The notes under the pieces were generated by a model. It was given only the letters and a program-made list of their open reading frames with translations. It was not told the DNA's origin and made no database searches. Below are positions 11,926-22,996 of a DNA stretch of 64,000 nucleotides, piece after piece (position 1 is the stretch's first letter; every line of letters starts with the position of its first letter). Both the position numbers and the translations under genes were made by a program. The stretch is from Macrostomum lignano (Eukaryota). The stretch covers positions 62,001-126,000 of the forward strand of contig NIVC01002687.1 in the NCBI GenBank assembly GCA_002269645.1, written 5' to 3'.

Positions 11926-12509
11926 AATATTGCATTTGACAAGCTGAGTGAGAATTTGGACATGCAAAATGAGAATCGCCCATCTGCTACATTGTATGGT
12001 CGCGAATGGTGGCTCAATTAAAGGCATAGGCACCTGGACATGTAAAATGAGAATAAGACATCCAAAATGGGAATGGATGGTTTCGCAATCAAGATTCATG
12101 CCAGTCCTGAATAAGCATTTTCTCTCTCCCTCTATCCAGTGTACATTTACATGTACATGCACATTGGTTCAATTCTCAATAATTGCTTACTGCCCCACCT
12201 TTTATTTACTCACCTCACCTGTTTTGCAGTTCAGCATCAACCCCATTTTGGCTGTACATCCATTTGCCACTCACTTCAGAGCGCCAACCCTCTCTGTGCC
12301 CCTTCTTACCTTCTTGCCCAGTTTACCCGCCCCCAAGTTTACAACAGATAAAGACACCCAGTCCCATTTTGGATGTCTAAATTCTCATTTTGCATGTCCA
12401 AGTGCCTGTGTTTATAATTGAGCCACTATTCGCGACCATATAATGTGGGAGATGGGCGATTCTTATTTTGCATGTCCAAATTCTCATTTGGCTTGTCAAA
12501 CGCAATACT
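11926..12509. mobile_element. MITE-like element, copy 1 (inside element D)
   Basis: Long TIRs TATTGCATTTGACAAGCTGAGTGAGAATTTGGACATGCAAAATGAGAATCGCCCATCT and AGATGGGCGATTCTTATTTTGCATGTCCAAATTCTCATTTGGCTTGTCAAACGCAATA. TSD unclear. Confidence 0.7.
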
Positions 12510-12775
12510 TATTCAGGGAGGCAATGGTATGACAGCTTCGTTTTCCGTACTTACTTTAACTACGACTAGATTTGGCTTTGGCTTTAGTATCAATATTTTT
12601 TACGAGTACCAATATACTAAACTATATTCTTATGCCGTTAAAGTAGTAGCTCTGAATCCTTTATGCAGCTTGTATAATGTACTTTTCGTTACTAACACGC
12701 GTAAAGTATGTGTGTAAAGTATAAAATCGTTTAAACATTCATGATTCAGGCAACACTCTGAAAGTTTGATACTAA

Positions 12776-13176
12776 TTAAGAAAATGAGGAAATAAAAACT
12801 CGTAATCTTTCACAAATGAGATGGTGATGGTGAGACAATGATGAGGCGAAGAAGGCATTTGAGAAATTGACTGTGCAATAATCAAGCAGCAAAAAATCCG
12901 ACAGCTTCACTGCGGCTTTCTCTTTTACTCTTTTACAAAACGATTTTGTAAAAGTTGGAGTTGAAGTTTTCGAACCTGTGTAAATGTTTGCTTTTTATTT
13001 TGTTTGAAGATTGGAATAATAGCACGAGTAACATTGATTTTTATCATGAAACAGTAAGCATGAGCGTTGCAAAAACAACAAAGTTTCGTGTCATTACTTT
13101 TTCCTGACAGGTGACATCTCAAATAACATTCCAGGTACTGTAATTCAGTATCAATTTTTCGTCTAACATCACTCAT
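12776..13176 (-). pseudogene. Candidate small Cys/His-rich cargo ORF interrupted by an 8-bp tandem duplication
   Basis: The 83-aa ORF MSDVRRKIDTELQYLECYLRCHLSG...LCCFCNAHAYCF stops just after GTAAAAGA x2 (+ strand TCTTTTAC at 12921-12928 and 12929-12936). Removing one copy gives a 130-aa ORF ending at TAA 12776-12778. Confidence 0.3.
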
Positions 13177-13375
13177 TTGATTCTTAAGATCACGTAACGT
13201 GTAGATGTATGGGATTATCTAGTATGTATCCCAAGTTAAAAATGAATATATAATTAATAAAAGCACATTTTCCTGCTTACTCTACAGTCTCCTATCACGG
13301 TGCACAGTCTAGGAGTAAAGATTGACCAACAAGTGCCAAAAATTTTCATTCAAGTACAGAATGTACGATGCATCT

Positions 13376-13748
13376 AATACTGCATTTGACAAGCTAAATG
13401 AGAATTTGGACATGTAAAATGAGAATCGCCTATCTGCTACATTGTATGGTCGCGAATGGTGGCTCAATTATAAACACAGGCACTTGGATATGCAAAATGA
13501 GAATTAGACTTCCAAATGGGACTGGGTGGCTTTACTTGTTGTAAACTTGGGGGCGGGTGAACTGGGCAAGAAGATAAGGAGGGGCACAGAGGGTTGGTGC
13601 TCTGAAGTGAGTGGCAAATGAATGTACAGCCAAAATGGGGTTGATGTTGAACTGCAAAACAGGTGAGGTGAATAAATAAAAGGTGGGGCAATAAACAATT
13701 TTTGATAATTGAAGTAATGTGCATGTACTGTACATGTAAATGTACACT

Positions 13749-13795
<47 letters not shown>

Positions 13796-13849
13796 GCTTA
13801 TTCAGGGCTGGCATGTCCAAATTCTTATTTAGCTTGTCAAATGCAAATA
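13376..13849. mobile_element. MITE-like element, copy 2, internally inverted relative to copy 1; carries a (GA)n tract
   Basis: Same TGCATTTGACAAGC termini. Its interior 13450-13750 is the reverse complement of ~12130-12440. Confidence 0.7.
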
Positions 13850-14306
13850 TCAAATGCATACTGAAAAAATACATTTGCATTAAGCAGTCTAGTATGATCA
13901 GCGGGAAGTTCAATTTGGACGCCTGTGAAGCGCAGTTGCAAAGCAAAAGCTATCAGGTTAGGGTTGCTAGGGTTGGGATTATAGTCGTTAGAATTGGGGT
14001 TGATAAGATGCCATTGAATAGAATGACCGACCTAAGCAGTTGTTATGACTGACAATCGTTTTGTCGGACAAATCTTTTATTGATCTTCACTTCTAAAGAC
14101 ACTATAAAGCACTGTGGTATCTATTCACACCGTTACAAATATTTTAAGTATTTAAAGTGGAGGGACAAAATTGTGCATAAAAAGTAAAAAAAGGGAGCGT
14201 AAAATCCGAATTTATATCGTAGGATGTTATGAGACACTATCTACTGTGTGACAGCTTTCTACGAATGCAAATGATTGGAACGAGCGGACAAAGCGATCGG
14301 TAAATG

Positions 14307-15484
14307 TTACCCATAAAATAGAGCGCAGCAATTGTGCTTGATGTCAGCAAAAGCGGACGACAAAGAAACTGCGCGAACGCTAGAATCGCTAATAAAGATG
14401 CATTTGTACCCATCATAAAATGTGTAGGCAGCGTAATGACCATTTTCGGCTGAGCGACCGAAATGAACAACGGCTGCGCGAAGGTTGTACGAGCGGCCGT
14501 TAAGCTGAAGACTTAGCTCCACAGGCATTGGCGAAGTTATCTTGCGCGAGCCATGTTTGGAATCGTAACTGACCCGGCCAATTCCGACACAGAGAATCTT
14601 CGATAGTGATGCCAGCGTCTGATTGTGACTGCACTGACCGGTCGTACAATTCTCACACAAAATATCCGATCGATTCGACGAAGATAACAGAGACGCACGA
14701 ATCAGATGAGGAAAGTCGATATCATCATCCCTGATAATTTGCAGGCGCAGGATCGTAATAGTTTCATTGCGGTCCAGTCGTGTAACATATCCGCACGATG
14801 AGCACACGCGCGTCGATGACGTCTGACAAGTAGAGTTTTGAAGGAGATAGAACCATGGCATAAACATAATATGCAATGCAAATAACATAATCTCGAGCAA
14901 GCTATTTGTGTCAGTGTCTGCGTATCAAAGCACGTATTAAATTACCCAATTGTGATTTAACGCAGAAAAATATTGCACGAGCATAAAATATAGAGCAGGG
15001 AAAAATAAACTTCACAGAGCAGGGAAACATACTTCGCATTTAAAGAGCTCCTCAATTTCTCGAAGTGAAAGAATTCCAGTAAGGACCTCCAGCACACAAT
15101 TTTGTTGCTTAGGATCCATTTTCATTTGATTCGCACACCATAAAAAGGCAGCGGTGTGAAATTTGATAATCACTTGTTTGTCTCGGCTCAAAATGGCGTT
15201 CAGCAAAAAGACAACCGGAGGCGATTCTGGAAAAACTGGGAGCAACGACCCAACAGCTGCTGCGATGCACTGACAGGCAGCGTTGAAGGCACAGTACGTT
15301 CCGGTTGGATTCTCAAGTCCCAAATTCAATGGTAAAGCGAGGGGCGCCGCTGGCGACTCAAGGGGCGCCGCTGACCTCACGAGGGGCGCCGCTGGCGACT
15401 CAAGGGGCGCCGCTGACCTCACGAGGGGCGCCGCTGGCGTCACGATGGATGCCGTGGCTGCCACTTTACTTGCTCTGACGGATT
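14307..15484 (-). CDS. Ubiquitin-specific protease (peptidase C19/USP) domain encoded inside element D; 5' exon unresolved
   Basis: Exons 15484-15033 and 14822-14307, with a 210-bp GTATGT...CTTGTCAG intron in phase 0. Motifs: Cys box GLENPTGTYCAFNAACQCI, QQNCVLEVL (QDAxE-like), fingers CSSC/CENC, His box YNLRAAVVHFGRSAENGHYAAY, ISDSSV, terminal ALFY. Confidence 0.85.
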
Positions 15485-16661
15485 CTGCAGTCAGGGAAAA
15501 GCAGGTTTATGTAGCTAAGTGAAGTGAGCACTAGTTTAGTGTTAGGTGCCCCCTTTGTCAGCTGTGCCCTGCGCCCTTCTGAGCTGTTGGCTGCCGCTGG
15601 CCGCAGCTCTCCCTCTCGCTCTCCCTCTCTCCCGCTCCCTTCTCTGCCTTTCCCTCCCTCGTTGTCCTTTTGTCTGCCTGCGCTCCCTTCCCCCCCCCTT
15701 TCCGGTTCGTTTGCGTTCCCAGCGTCTGAGGTTCTCCGCTCAGCCTGTCCTTGATTCTTTGTCTGTCTCCTTCCCCCCTTTTTGTGTGACTGCGTTCTTT
15801 TGGCTCGAGTCCAGCTTGTTCCGGCTGTCCTCTCTCTGTCTGGCCGTACGGGAGCGGATCACGTGCCCCAGGCGCTCTGTCTTTTTGCGCTCCCTTGTGC
15901 AATCTCGTGTGTCAGGCTCTAAATTAGGAAAGGCGTCCTTGCCTCTAAAGTTGGGGGTTCCGCGCCTGTTTCTAAATTTAGATCTGAATCACGCCAGATT
16001 GGGGGCAGTGAGAGCGGCCTTGCGTACTCTGGCGCAATGGGGAGGCTTTCACTGTATGGTGAAATCGATCCGCTACCTTATAAGTACGGGCCTCTCGTGC
16101 CTCTGGTTGGCAACCCTCTGTGAAACCTCTCGTTTACCTGTGCGTTAACCCTTCTGATAACTGCTCTCTTGGAAGTCCAGCGCAGCTTGCGCTAGGCCTT
16201 AGCCAACCTATCTGATTTCTGATCCATCTGCGACTGTGTGTCCTCGAGTGCGCTAAATCCCAACCGAACTAACAGAGACTAGCACAGTTCCTCATCCCCG
16301 CACTTGAGCCCGGCAGGACCGCTGACGAGGTGTGCACCGGTACGAACTGTCAAATCTGCACGACGTGCTGAGTTCTCGTGTCTCGTTTATTTCGCTCAGC
16401 CCGGAGTCTCCCTCACTGAAGGACAAGATCCGAGCGAGCTGGTGGCAGCACTACCTACTCTACAAGTATCCTGCGCCAGGAGACCTACCAGGCCATCGCG
16501 AGTCAACATCGAAAAAGCCTGTACATAATTGGTGGCAGCGGTGGGATTCCAAGACCTACGGCTAGGCCACCTGAGACAAATAAGAAACCACCAACACCAA
16601 CAACTATACTTCATAAGCAACGTATGAATTGTCGGCTGATATAGCAGCCTGTGGATGAAAA

Positions 16662-19379
16662 TTACGAGCGTTTAAAGTTCATTAATATTGTCATACCTCC
16701 GGTGACAAGTGAAATAAGCTGCACGGCGGGCCCTCCTGGCTGAACGCCGGTCACCATCGGTCGAGCAGGAGGCGATGCTGCGGATTTATCTAATTGCACG
16801 ATTCGTATACAGGACACCATTGCTGAACTGCCGTGCGTCGCCATCCGTTTCACGGGCACCACTGATGTCGTCCCATTGGCCATCGTGGAAACTTTTCGCT
16901 TTCCAATTGCGGAGTGTGCGTTGGAAACTGTGATAATAGGCTGCTTTTTAGCGTCATTCCGCTCGTTACGAGTCCAATGCTTCCTGCCAGGTCTACCTGC
17001 AGGTTTTCGAAAACGCTTTGAAAGCTGGCTGAGATTTTTGCTTGGTTGATTTAGCTTAAATTGGAAACCAGTCGCGCGTTTAACTGCAGCAATGTGTGCG
17101 CAATTATGTCTCAGTACACATGAACACAGCGGTGGGCTTTGTCTAAACGTAACAACGTTGCTCACTCCAAAGCTGTTTACAAGAAACTCCGACGTATCCG
17201 AAAGAAACGTGACTTTACTGTTCAAGGTGAAGTCTAGCAGACTCCCGGTTTCTGCCGCTGCTGCTGCGTCAGTATTCACAGCCGGTGCCGGGCCAACATC
17301 CCTGTCAGCAGCCGGTGACGAATCGCGGGTTGGGCCTCCTTCAGGGCCAGCAGGCGGCGAATCGCGGGTTGGACCTCCTTCAGGGCCAGCAGGCGGCGAA
17401 TCGCGGGTTGGACCTCCTTCAGGGCCAGCAGGCGGCGAATCGCGGGTTGGACCTCCTTCAGGGCCAGCAGGCGGCGAATCGCGGGTTGGACCTCCTTCAG
17501 GGCCAGCAGGCGGCGAATCGCGGGTTGGACCTCCTTCAGGGCCAGCAGGCGGCGAATCGCGGGTTGGACCTCCTTCAGGGCCAGCAGGCGGCGAATCGCG
17601 GGTTTCGGTCAGTCTGCCGCTAGCGATTATCTGCAATACTTCCTCGGGAGACTTAGTTGGAATAAGTGTGACATCGCCTGGATCCATTCTCAGCCGTTGA
17701 TACTCCTCTTTGAGTCGGAACTTTCCGGTGCCAGTGACGCCACGAAGAATGTCGTTAAAGAACGATGTCGACAGGCAGTAGAGGCTGATGAGAAGGCCAT
17801 CAAGCGGTTTCACTTGGTGTGCAGTAAACCTTTTTAGTAGCGCATTTACAGACTCGCTTTGGTTTTGCGTCATTCCTGAGATCGGTGAGTAGTGGTTACC
17901 GAGGAGCCACTTCCCGTAATATTTGGGAATTCTAGGATGTAAATTTCGTTCAAAGTACAGCACGAAGTCTTTAGACCACTGCTTCTTCAGATCGGCGTAC
18001 AATTTGTTATAATCAGAAACTCCACTGCATTTCAGGAGACAGGTCAGATCTCGTGAATAGGCGCACTCATCAGCGAGTGTTCCATTGTTGTTACGAACCC
18101 ATTGGCGTACGTCGTCTCGCAGGTGATTCCAGCAGCCAAAGAACGCAATACCTGGCAGAACTGAGTGCATCGCGTTGCGCAGCGCATGTTCAGCATCCAT
18201 CACGCAAGCCAACGGCACTTGGCTCAGTGCAGGGAGCAACTCATTGGCATATGTCCATAGTTCCTGATGGCGGGCTTCAAATTTTCTTTCGTGTATCAGA
18301 AACATGATCGGGCATACCGGGTTGTTTTCGAAGATAGTTAACCGCATGACGAGTGTCGACACATGAGCATCGGTAAGATTGAAGCCGGTATCGTACGACA
18401 AAAGTTGGGCGCTGTCTGCTAAATTCAATATGGTGTTCGCCATATCTAACAGATTTCTTTCTCCAGCAACGATTGACAGATCCGGAAACGTTCGAATAGA
18501 CCGCGTGAAATCGGGCAGCTCATAAGCAATAAGATGCACGTTAAAAAGCGCATCCTTACTCAATCGAGACACACAATCAACGGCATGTTTAGCATTGCCC
18601 ACCTGCTTCTCGTTTCTTATGCCTAACGCAGGGTGCGACTGCTCCGTTGCAGCGTGCAAACGATAGTACGTCGATGGAGACGTCCCTTCTTTCCTTAATT
18701 GCTGCGCCAATTGGCCGAGGACAGACGGACAAGTTCGAATGTACTGACTGCCATTTATGGAGTTCCCATGCGTAACTTGCTCAGGTTGCACTTGCGAGTC
18801 CCCCATGTAGTGAATCAAAGTGCGGCTAAAATTAGAGAAAATTTTGTGGGAATAAGGGAAAGGATAAGAATCGTCAATGCCTGTGTTCAAAATACCTTGT
18901 ATCGACAGTTCCGTCCGAATTAATGAGTCGGTAGGCTAGTCGTTTGAAACGGTTGTCAACTTGTCTAGGGACTGATGAAATCTTCGTTGAAAACGATAAC
19001 TTCATAAATGCTGGCTTTGATCTGAAATATGAAAAATCCCGCGTATTTAGCTAAGAGAGAAAAGTAGAACAATACAAATGGAAAAACAATAGAAAAGTAT
19101 AAAAATTGCACATGAGGTAAACTACTAAAAGACACCTAAAACAGTTGTAACTTACTTTGGCAACCTCTGGTGACCACAGTCTATCCATGAGTAGCCATCG
19201 CAACGCCAGTCGTCAATGGCATTTGACCCAGCATTCGATGTCACAAACAGAATAATAGAACCTGAGGGTGGTCGAAACTTCAGCCGCTCCTCGGATTCCT
19301 CAGTCGCTCGAATAAGCCTTAACACATCAGACGATTGTAATGCAGCATGCTGAACGCCGAGTGTGACACAGTATGACAT
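16662..19379 (-). CDS. MULE-family DDE transposase with SWIM zinc finger (837 aa if unfused)
   Basis: Exons 19379-19156, 19021-18896 and 18825-16662 with canonical GT-AG and matching phases. N-terminal motifs DWRCDGYSW, LIHYMGD and THGNS. Catalytic motifs LSYDTGF (D), CVMDAEHAL (D), CWNH (CxxH) and TQNQSESVNALLK (E). SWIM finger CSCVLRHNCAH and a basic GRPGRK motif. No stops or frameshifts. Confidence 0.88.
17320..17612. repeat. In-frame 39-bp tandem repeat (about 7 x TRDSPPAGPEGGP) inside the transposase
   Basis: TCAGGGCCAG recurs every 39 bp from 17341, between the catalytic domain and the SWIM finger. Confidence 0.95.
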
Positions 19380-19667
19380 TGCATAACGCTGTAAATAAAC
19401 AGAAAATCACATTGTACGCCTGCAAGACATGGCTCGACAACACGCAGCTGTGCAAGGCCAAGGCCGCCTAGACAGCTATGAATCAAAACAGAAAAGCTAG
19501 TTGAGGTAAGACTGGAGTGATATGGTGTTGGAGAACGCAAGATTGAAGTTGGACAAGGTGGATTGACGTTGGTTAAAGTGGAAAAACTAAGCGCGGAAAC
19601 ATTAAAACATGGCAGTGGGAAATTAGCTATGGTTGGTGCAAAAATAGAGACATTAACTAACATACAG

Positions 19668-22205
19668 AAGAATGACCAAATATGGTGACAAGGGAAGCGA
19701 CTATGGAGAGAGTAAGTGCAAACAAGAAAACAAGAGAATACCAAGTTTTTTCGTTTTGATTCCCGGTGATCAGATTGAGCAAGAGCAGACGTCACAGAGT
19801 GCCTAGAAATGATTAGATTCTCAAGTTGGAAGCCTAGAATGACCAAATATGGTGACAAGGGAAGCGACTATGGAGAGAGTAAGTGCAAACAAGAAAACAA
19901 GAGAATACCAAGTTTTTTCGTTTTGAGTCCCGGTGATCAGATTGAGCAAGAGCAGACGTCACAGAGTGCCTAGAAATGATTAGATTCTCAAGTTGGAAGC
20001 CTAGAATGACCAAATATGGTGACAAGGGAAGCGACTATGGAGAGAGTAAGTGCAAACAAGAAAACAAGAGAATACCAAGTTTTTTCGTTTTGAGTCCCGG
20101 TGATCAGATTGAGCAAGAGCAGACGTCACAGAGTGCCTAGAAATGATTAGATTCTCAAGTTGGAAGCCTAGAATGACCAAATATGGTGACAAGGGAAGCG
20201 ACTATGGAGAGAGTAAGTGCAAACAAGAAAACAAGAGAATACCAAGTTTTTTCGTTTTGAGTCCAGGTGATCAGATTGAGCAAGAGCAGACGTCACAGAG
20301 TGCCTAGAAATGATTAGATTCTCAAGTTGGAAGCCTAGAATGACCAAATATGGTGACAAGGGAGGCGACTATGGAGAGAGTAAGTGCAAACAAGAAAACA
20401 AGAGAATACCAAGTTTTTTCGTTTTGAGTCCCGGTGATCAGATTGAGCAAGAGCAGACGTCACAGAGTGCCTAGAAATGATTAGATTCTCAAGTTGGAAG
20501 CCTAGAATGACCAAATATGGTGACAAGGGAAGCGACTATGGAGAGAGTAAGTGCAAACAAGAAAACAAGAGAATACCAAGTTTTTTCGTTTTGAGTCCAG
20601 GTGATCAGATTGAGCAAGAGCAGACGTCACAGAGTGCCTAGAAATGATTAGATTCTCAAGTTGGAAGCCTAGAATGACCAAATATGGTGACAAGGGAGGC
20701 GACTATGGAGAGAGTAAGTGCAAACAAGAAAACAGAAGATTACCAAGTGTTCCTTTTGAGTGTTCCTTATTGAGTGACAAGATTTAGGAAAGAGTTGGAT
20801 AATGTTGGATTAAAATTTGATTAAAGTTGGAAGAGGTTCTATTAAAGTTGGATTGTAGTTGGAATAAAGTTAGATAGGGTTGAATTGAATTTAGACTAGG
20901 TCTCTATGGCTATATACTTTAACAATAATATACCTTATAGAAGAAACATTATTGCTCTAGATGAATAGGCCTAGTAATTAAAGAGTAGAGTGGTAGTAGT
21001 AGTTAGGATTGGCTCAGGCAAATGGTGCCTGTTGTGCCAACATTAGAAAGTATATTTGGTTTTTTTTGTTGGAAGTTCAATTTTAACATAACACATGTAT
21101 GAGATAATTCATATATTTTTAGAATTTGGAAATTAATTTGATTCAAAAAGTGCAAAAATCAAATTAAGCAAGGATAATAAATTCAAATTTACAAAGTAAT
21201 AACATATTAAAAAGAAAGTATTTTGAAAGGTTGGTTAAAATATTAGATATTTAGCATAGTACAGTTTTGATCTATTGTAGTAGATAGGGCCTAGTAAATG
21301 ATTTGCAAAAATGGGAAGAAAACAAATATGAATATTAACAAATGTATATATATATATATTAGAAAAGAGAAAAGTGAAAAATGAGAAGGAAATAAAGTCA
21401 ATAAATTATGGAACTTCAGATAGTAAATCTGAATAGGCCTAACTGGTAGACAGTCAACAATTGTTAATAAATGTCACAATAAAATATGAGGGATTTTATT
21501 TTTGGTATATTGAAAGATATAAACATGGTAAAGACAATCAAATAGCATGGGAAAATTAAAATACTTTATGCTTAGCTATATGAACAACAGCAACTTATTA
21601 GCCTATTAAATAAAACCAGAAATTCAGAATACTATACTCTAAAAATTGAAATACTATAAAACTGAGTCTAATATACTCCCTTATGATATAAATTATATAT
21701 TAATATAGTCTAAAGACAGTCAATGGAATAAATACAATTGTTTAAGACAATGTATTTTTGTAAGGAAGGGCCTACCAAGGCCTTAGACAGTTGAAAATTC
21801 AATGTGAAAGTATGAGGATGTATGAGGATGCAAAATCCTGAATGTGAAAAGAGATTTAAACAGCCTTTAAAATAGAATGACTAAAAAAAGACTAGGAATG
21901 TTTTGCAGAAATACAAGCCAACCAGCTTATTAATATTACTAGGCCTACCACTAGAACTAAGCCCCATCGACCAACCCACTTGAATAAAGCTGCAGCAGAC
22001 TGCAGAATTAAAATTAATTGCGCGTGCACGATGTGTCCTTTATTCTAGTCCTTAGGTGGCTTTATTCTCTAAATTTAAATGTATTTAAATATTTAGAAGC
22101 AAAAGAATTAGACTAAGGTTTTTGTTTTAGTATGTTACACTCGGATCGGATCGGATCGGATCCGATCCGAGCTGATCCGATCCGATCCGTCTTTTAGTGA
22201 GACCC
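19668..22205 (-). repeat. Right TIR of element D: ~6.5 x 167-bp tandem array (~19668-20740) plus ~1.47-kb unique arm
   Basis: Mirror of the left TIR. The only arm difference I noticed is (TA)7 versus (TA)6 near 21345/7857. Confidence 0.95.
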
Positions 22206-22996
22206 GTTTTAGGGAGCCTTTGTCTGAATATCTCTCGTGAAACCCTCACATTGCTCACATTTCAGACAACTGGGAATGTATATTTTAATATCTTACATAA
22301 GGCTATAGCTATAGGCTATATCGCCTATATGACTTAATAGGATTTAAAGAGTTATTTTGTTTCATATTTTAAGGCAGTGCATAAAAAATAGCTTAAGCAT
22401 GGTTAAGCCTTTAAAGAAAAATGGTTATAAGACCGCACCTAAACCGCACCTACTTTTTTAATTTCAGGGTGCGATTTTAAAATTTAGGGTGCATACGCAC
22501 ACTCTGCGCACAAAAAAAAAACCCTGACCATATAGCTGCCATATCATATCATACATTTATGATTTAATGTTCTGAGTTGAGTTCAGAGTCTTTATAGTTA
22601 GAAGTCATATTATACAACTATATCATATCCATCAAGCATCAAGTAACTTATTGATCTTCCAAGTTCCACTTTAATCTAAATAAGAAGAGAAACAAGAACT
22701 TGGGGTAAACAAAATACAACCAGGGAAAGGGCCTTCAGTGGCCCAGCCTTATCCTGTAGCCATCCATCCTCCAGGCCTCCTTGTACCCACCACCTCATGC
22801 AGAGGCAGAGCAGATTGTTAAAGTCAATAAAGTGTACATACACTACGGTGTATATACATACACAAAGCTCTCATTTCCCTCTAGCCTACCTAGCCAAACC
22901 CAATCATATACCCAAAGCCCAGACCTCACCCCAGCTTATCTTAGCAAGTTTCATTTCTCTGCCTATCCCAAGAGCCAGGGTCTGACTGCTAGTGCT

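Larger units (their letters stand above)
7010..22205. mobile_element. Layer D: giant (15,196 bp) Foldback-type Mutator-like DNA transposon, probably autonomous
   Basis: Perfect 9-bp TSD GTTTTAGGG at 7001-7009 and 22206-22214. Termini are GGGTCTCACTAAAAGACGGATCGG and CCGATCCGTCTTTTAGTGAGACCC. The long TIRs are near-identical and the element contains an intact MULE DDE transposase. Confidence 0.93.
6644..22220. mobile_element. Layer C: Mutator-type MITE (~370 bp without the giant insert)
   Basis: 9-bp TSD TGTCTGAAT at 6635-6643 and 22221-22229. TIRs are GGGTCTCCCTAAAACACGCCCCGCACC and GGTGCGGGGCGTGTTTTAGGG[insert]AGCCTT, around an AT-rich core. Confidence 0.85.
4451..22526. mobile_element. Layer B: non-autonomous hAT-like element (~2.5 kb without inserts)
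   Basis: Perfect 8-bp TSD ACCATATA at 4443-4450 and 22527-22534. Ends are CTGGGTTTTTTTTT and AAAAAAAAACCCTG, with clustered subterminal GGTGCG/CGCACC motifs at both ends. Confidence 0.8.

Noticed and set aside
13966-13990. TTAGGG-like motifs as interstitial telomere
   Set aside because: Only one or two degenerate units; compatible with chance.
14237-14470. 77-aa ORF overlapping the USP 3' end
   Set aside because: Alternate frame of the USP exon with no independent evidence.
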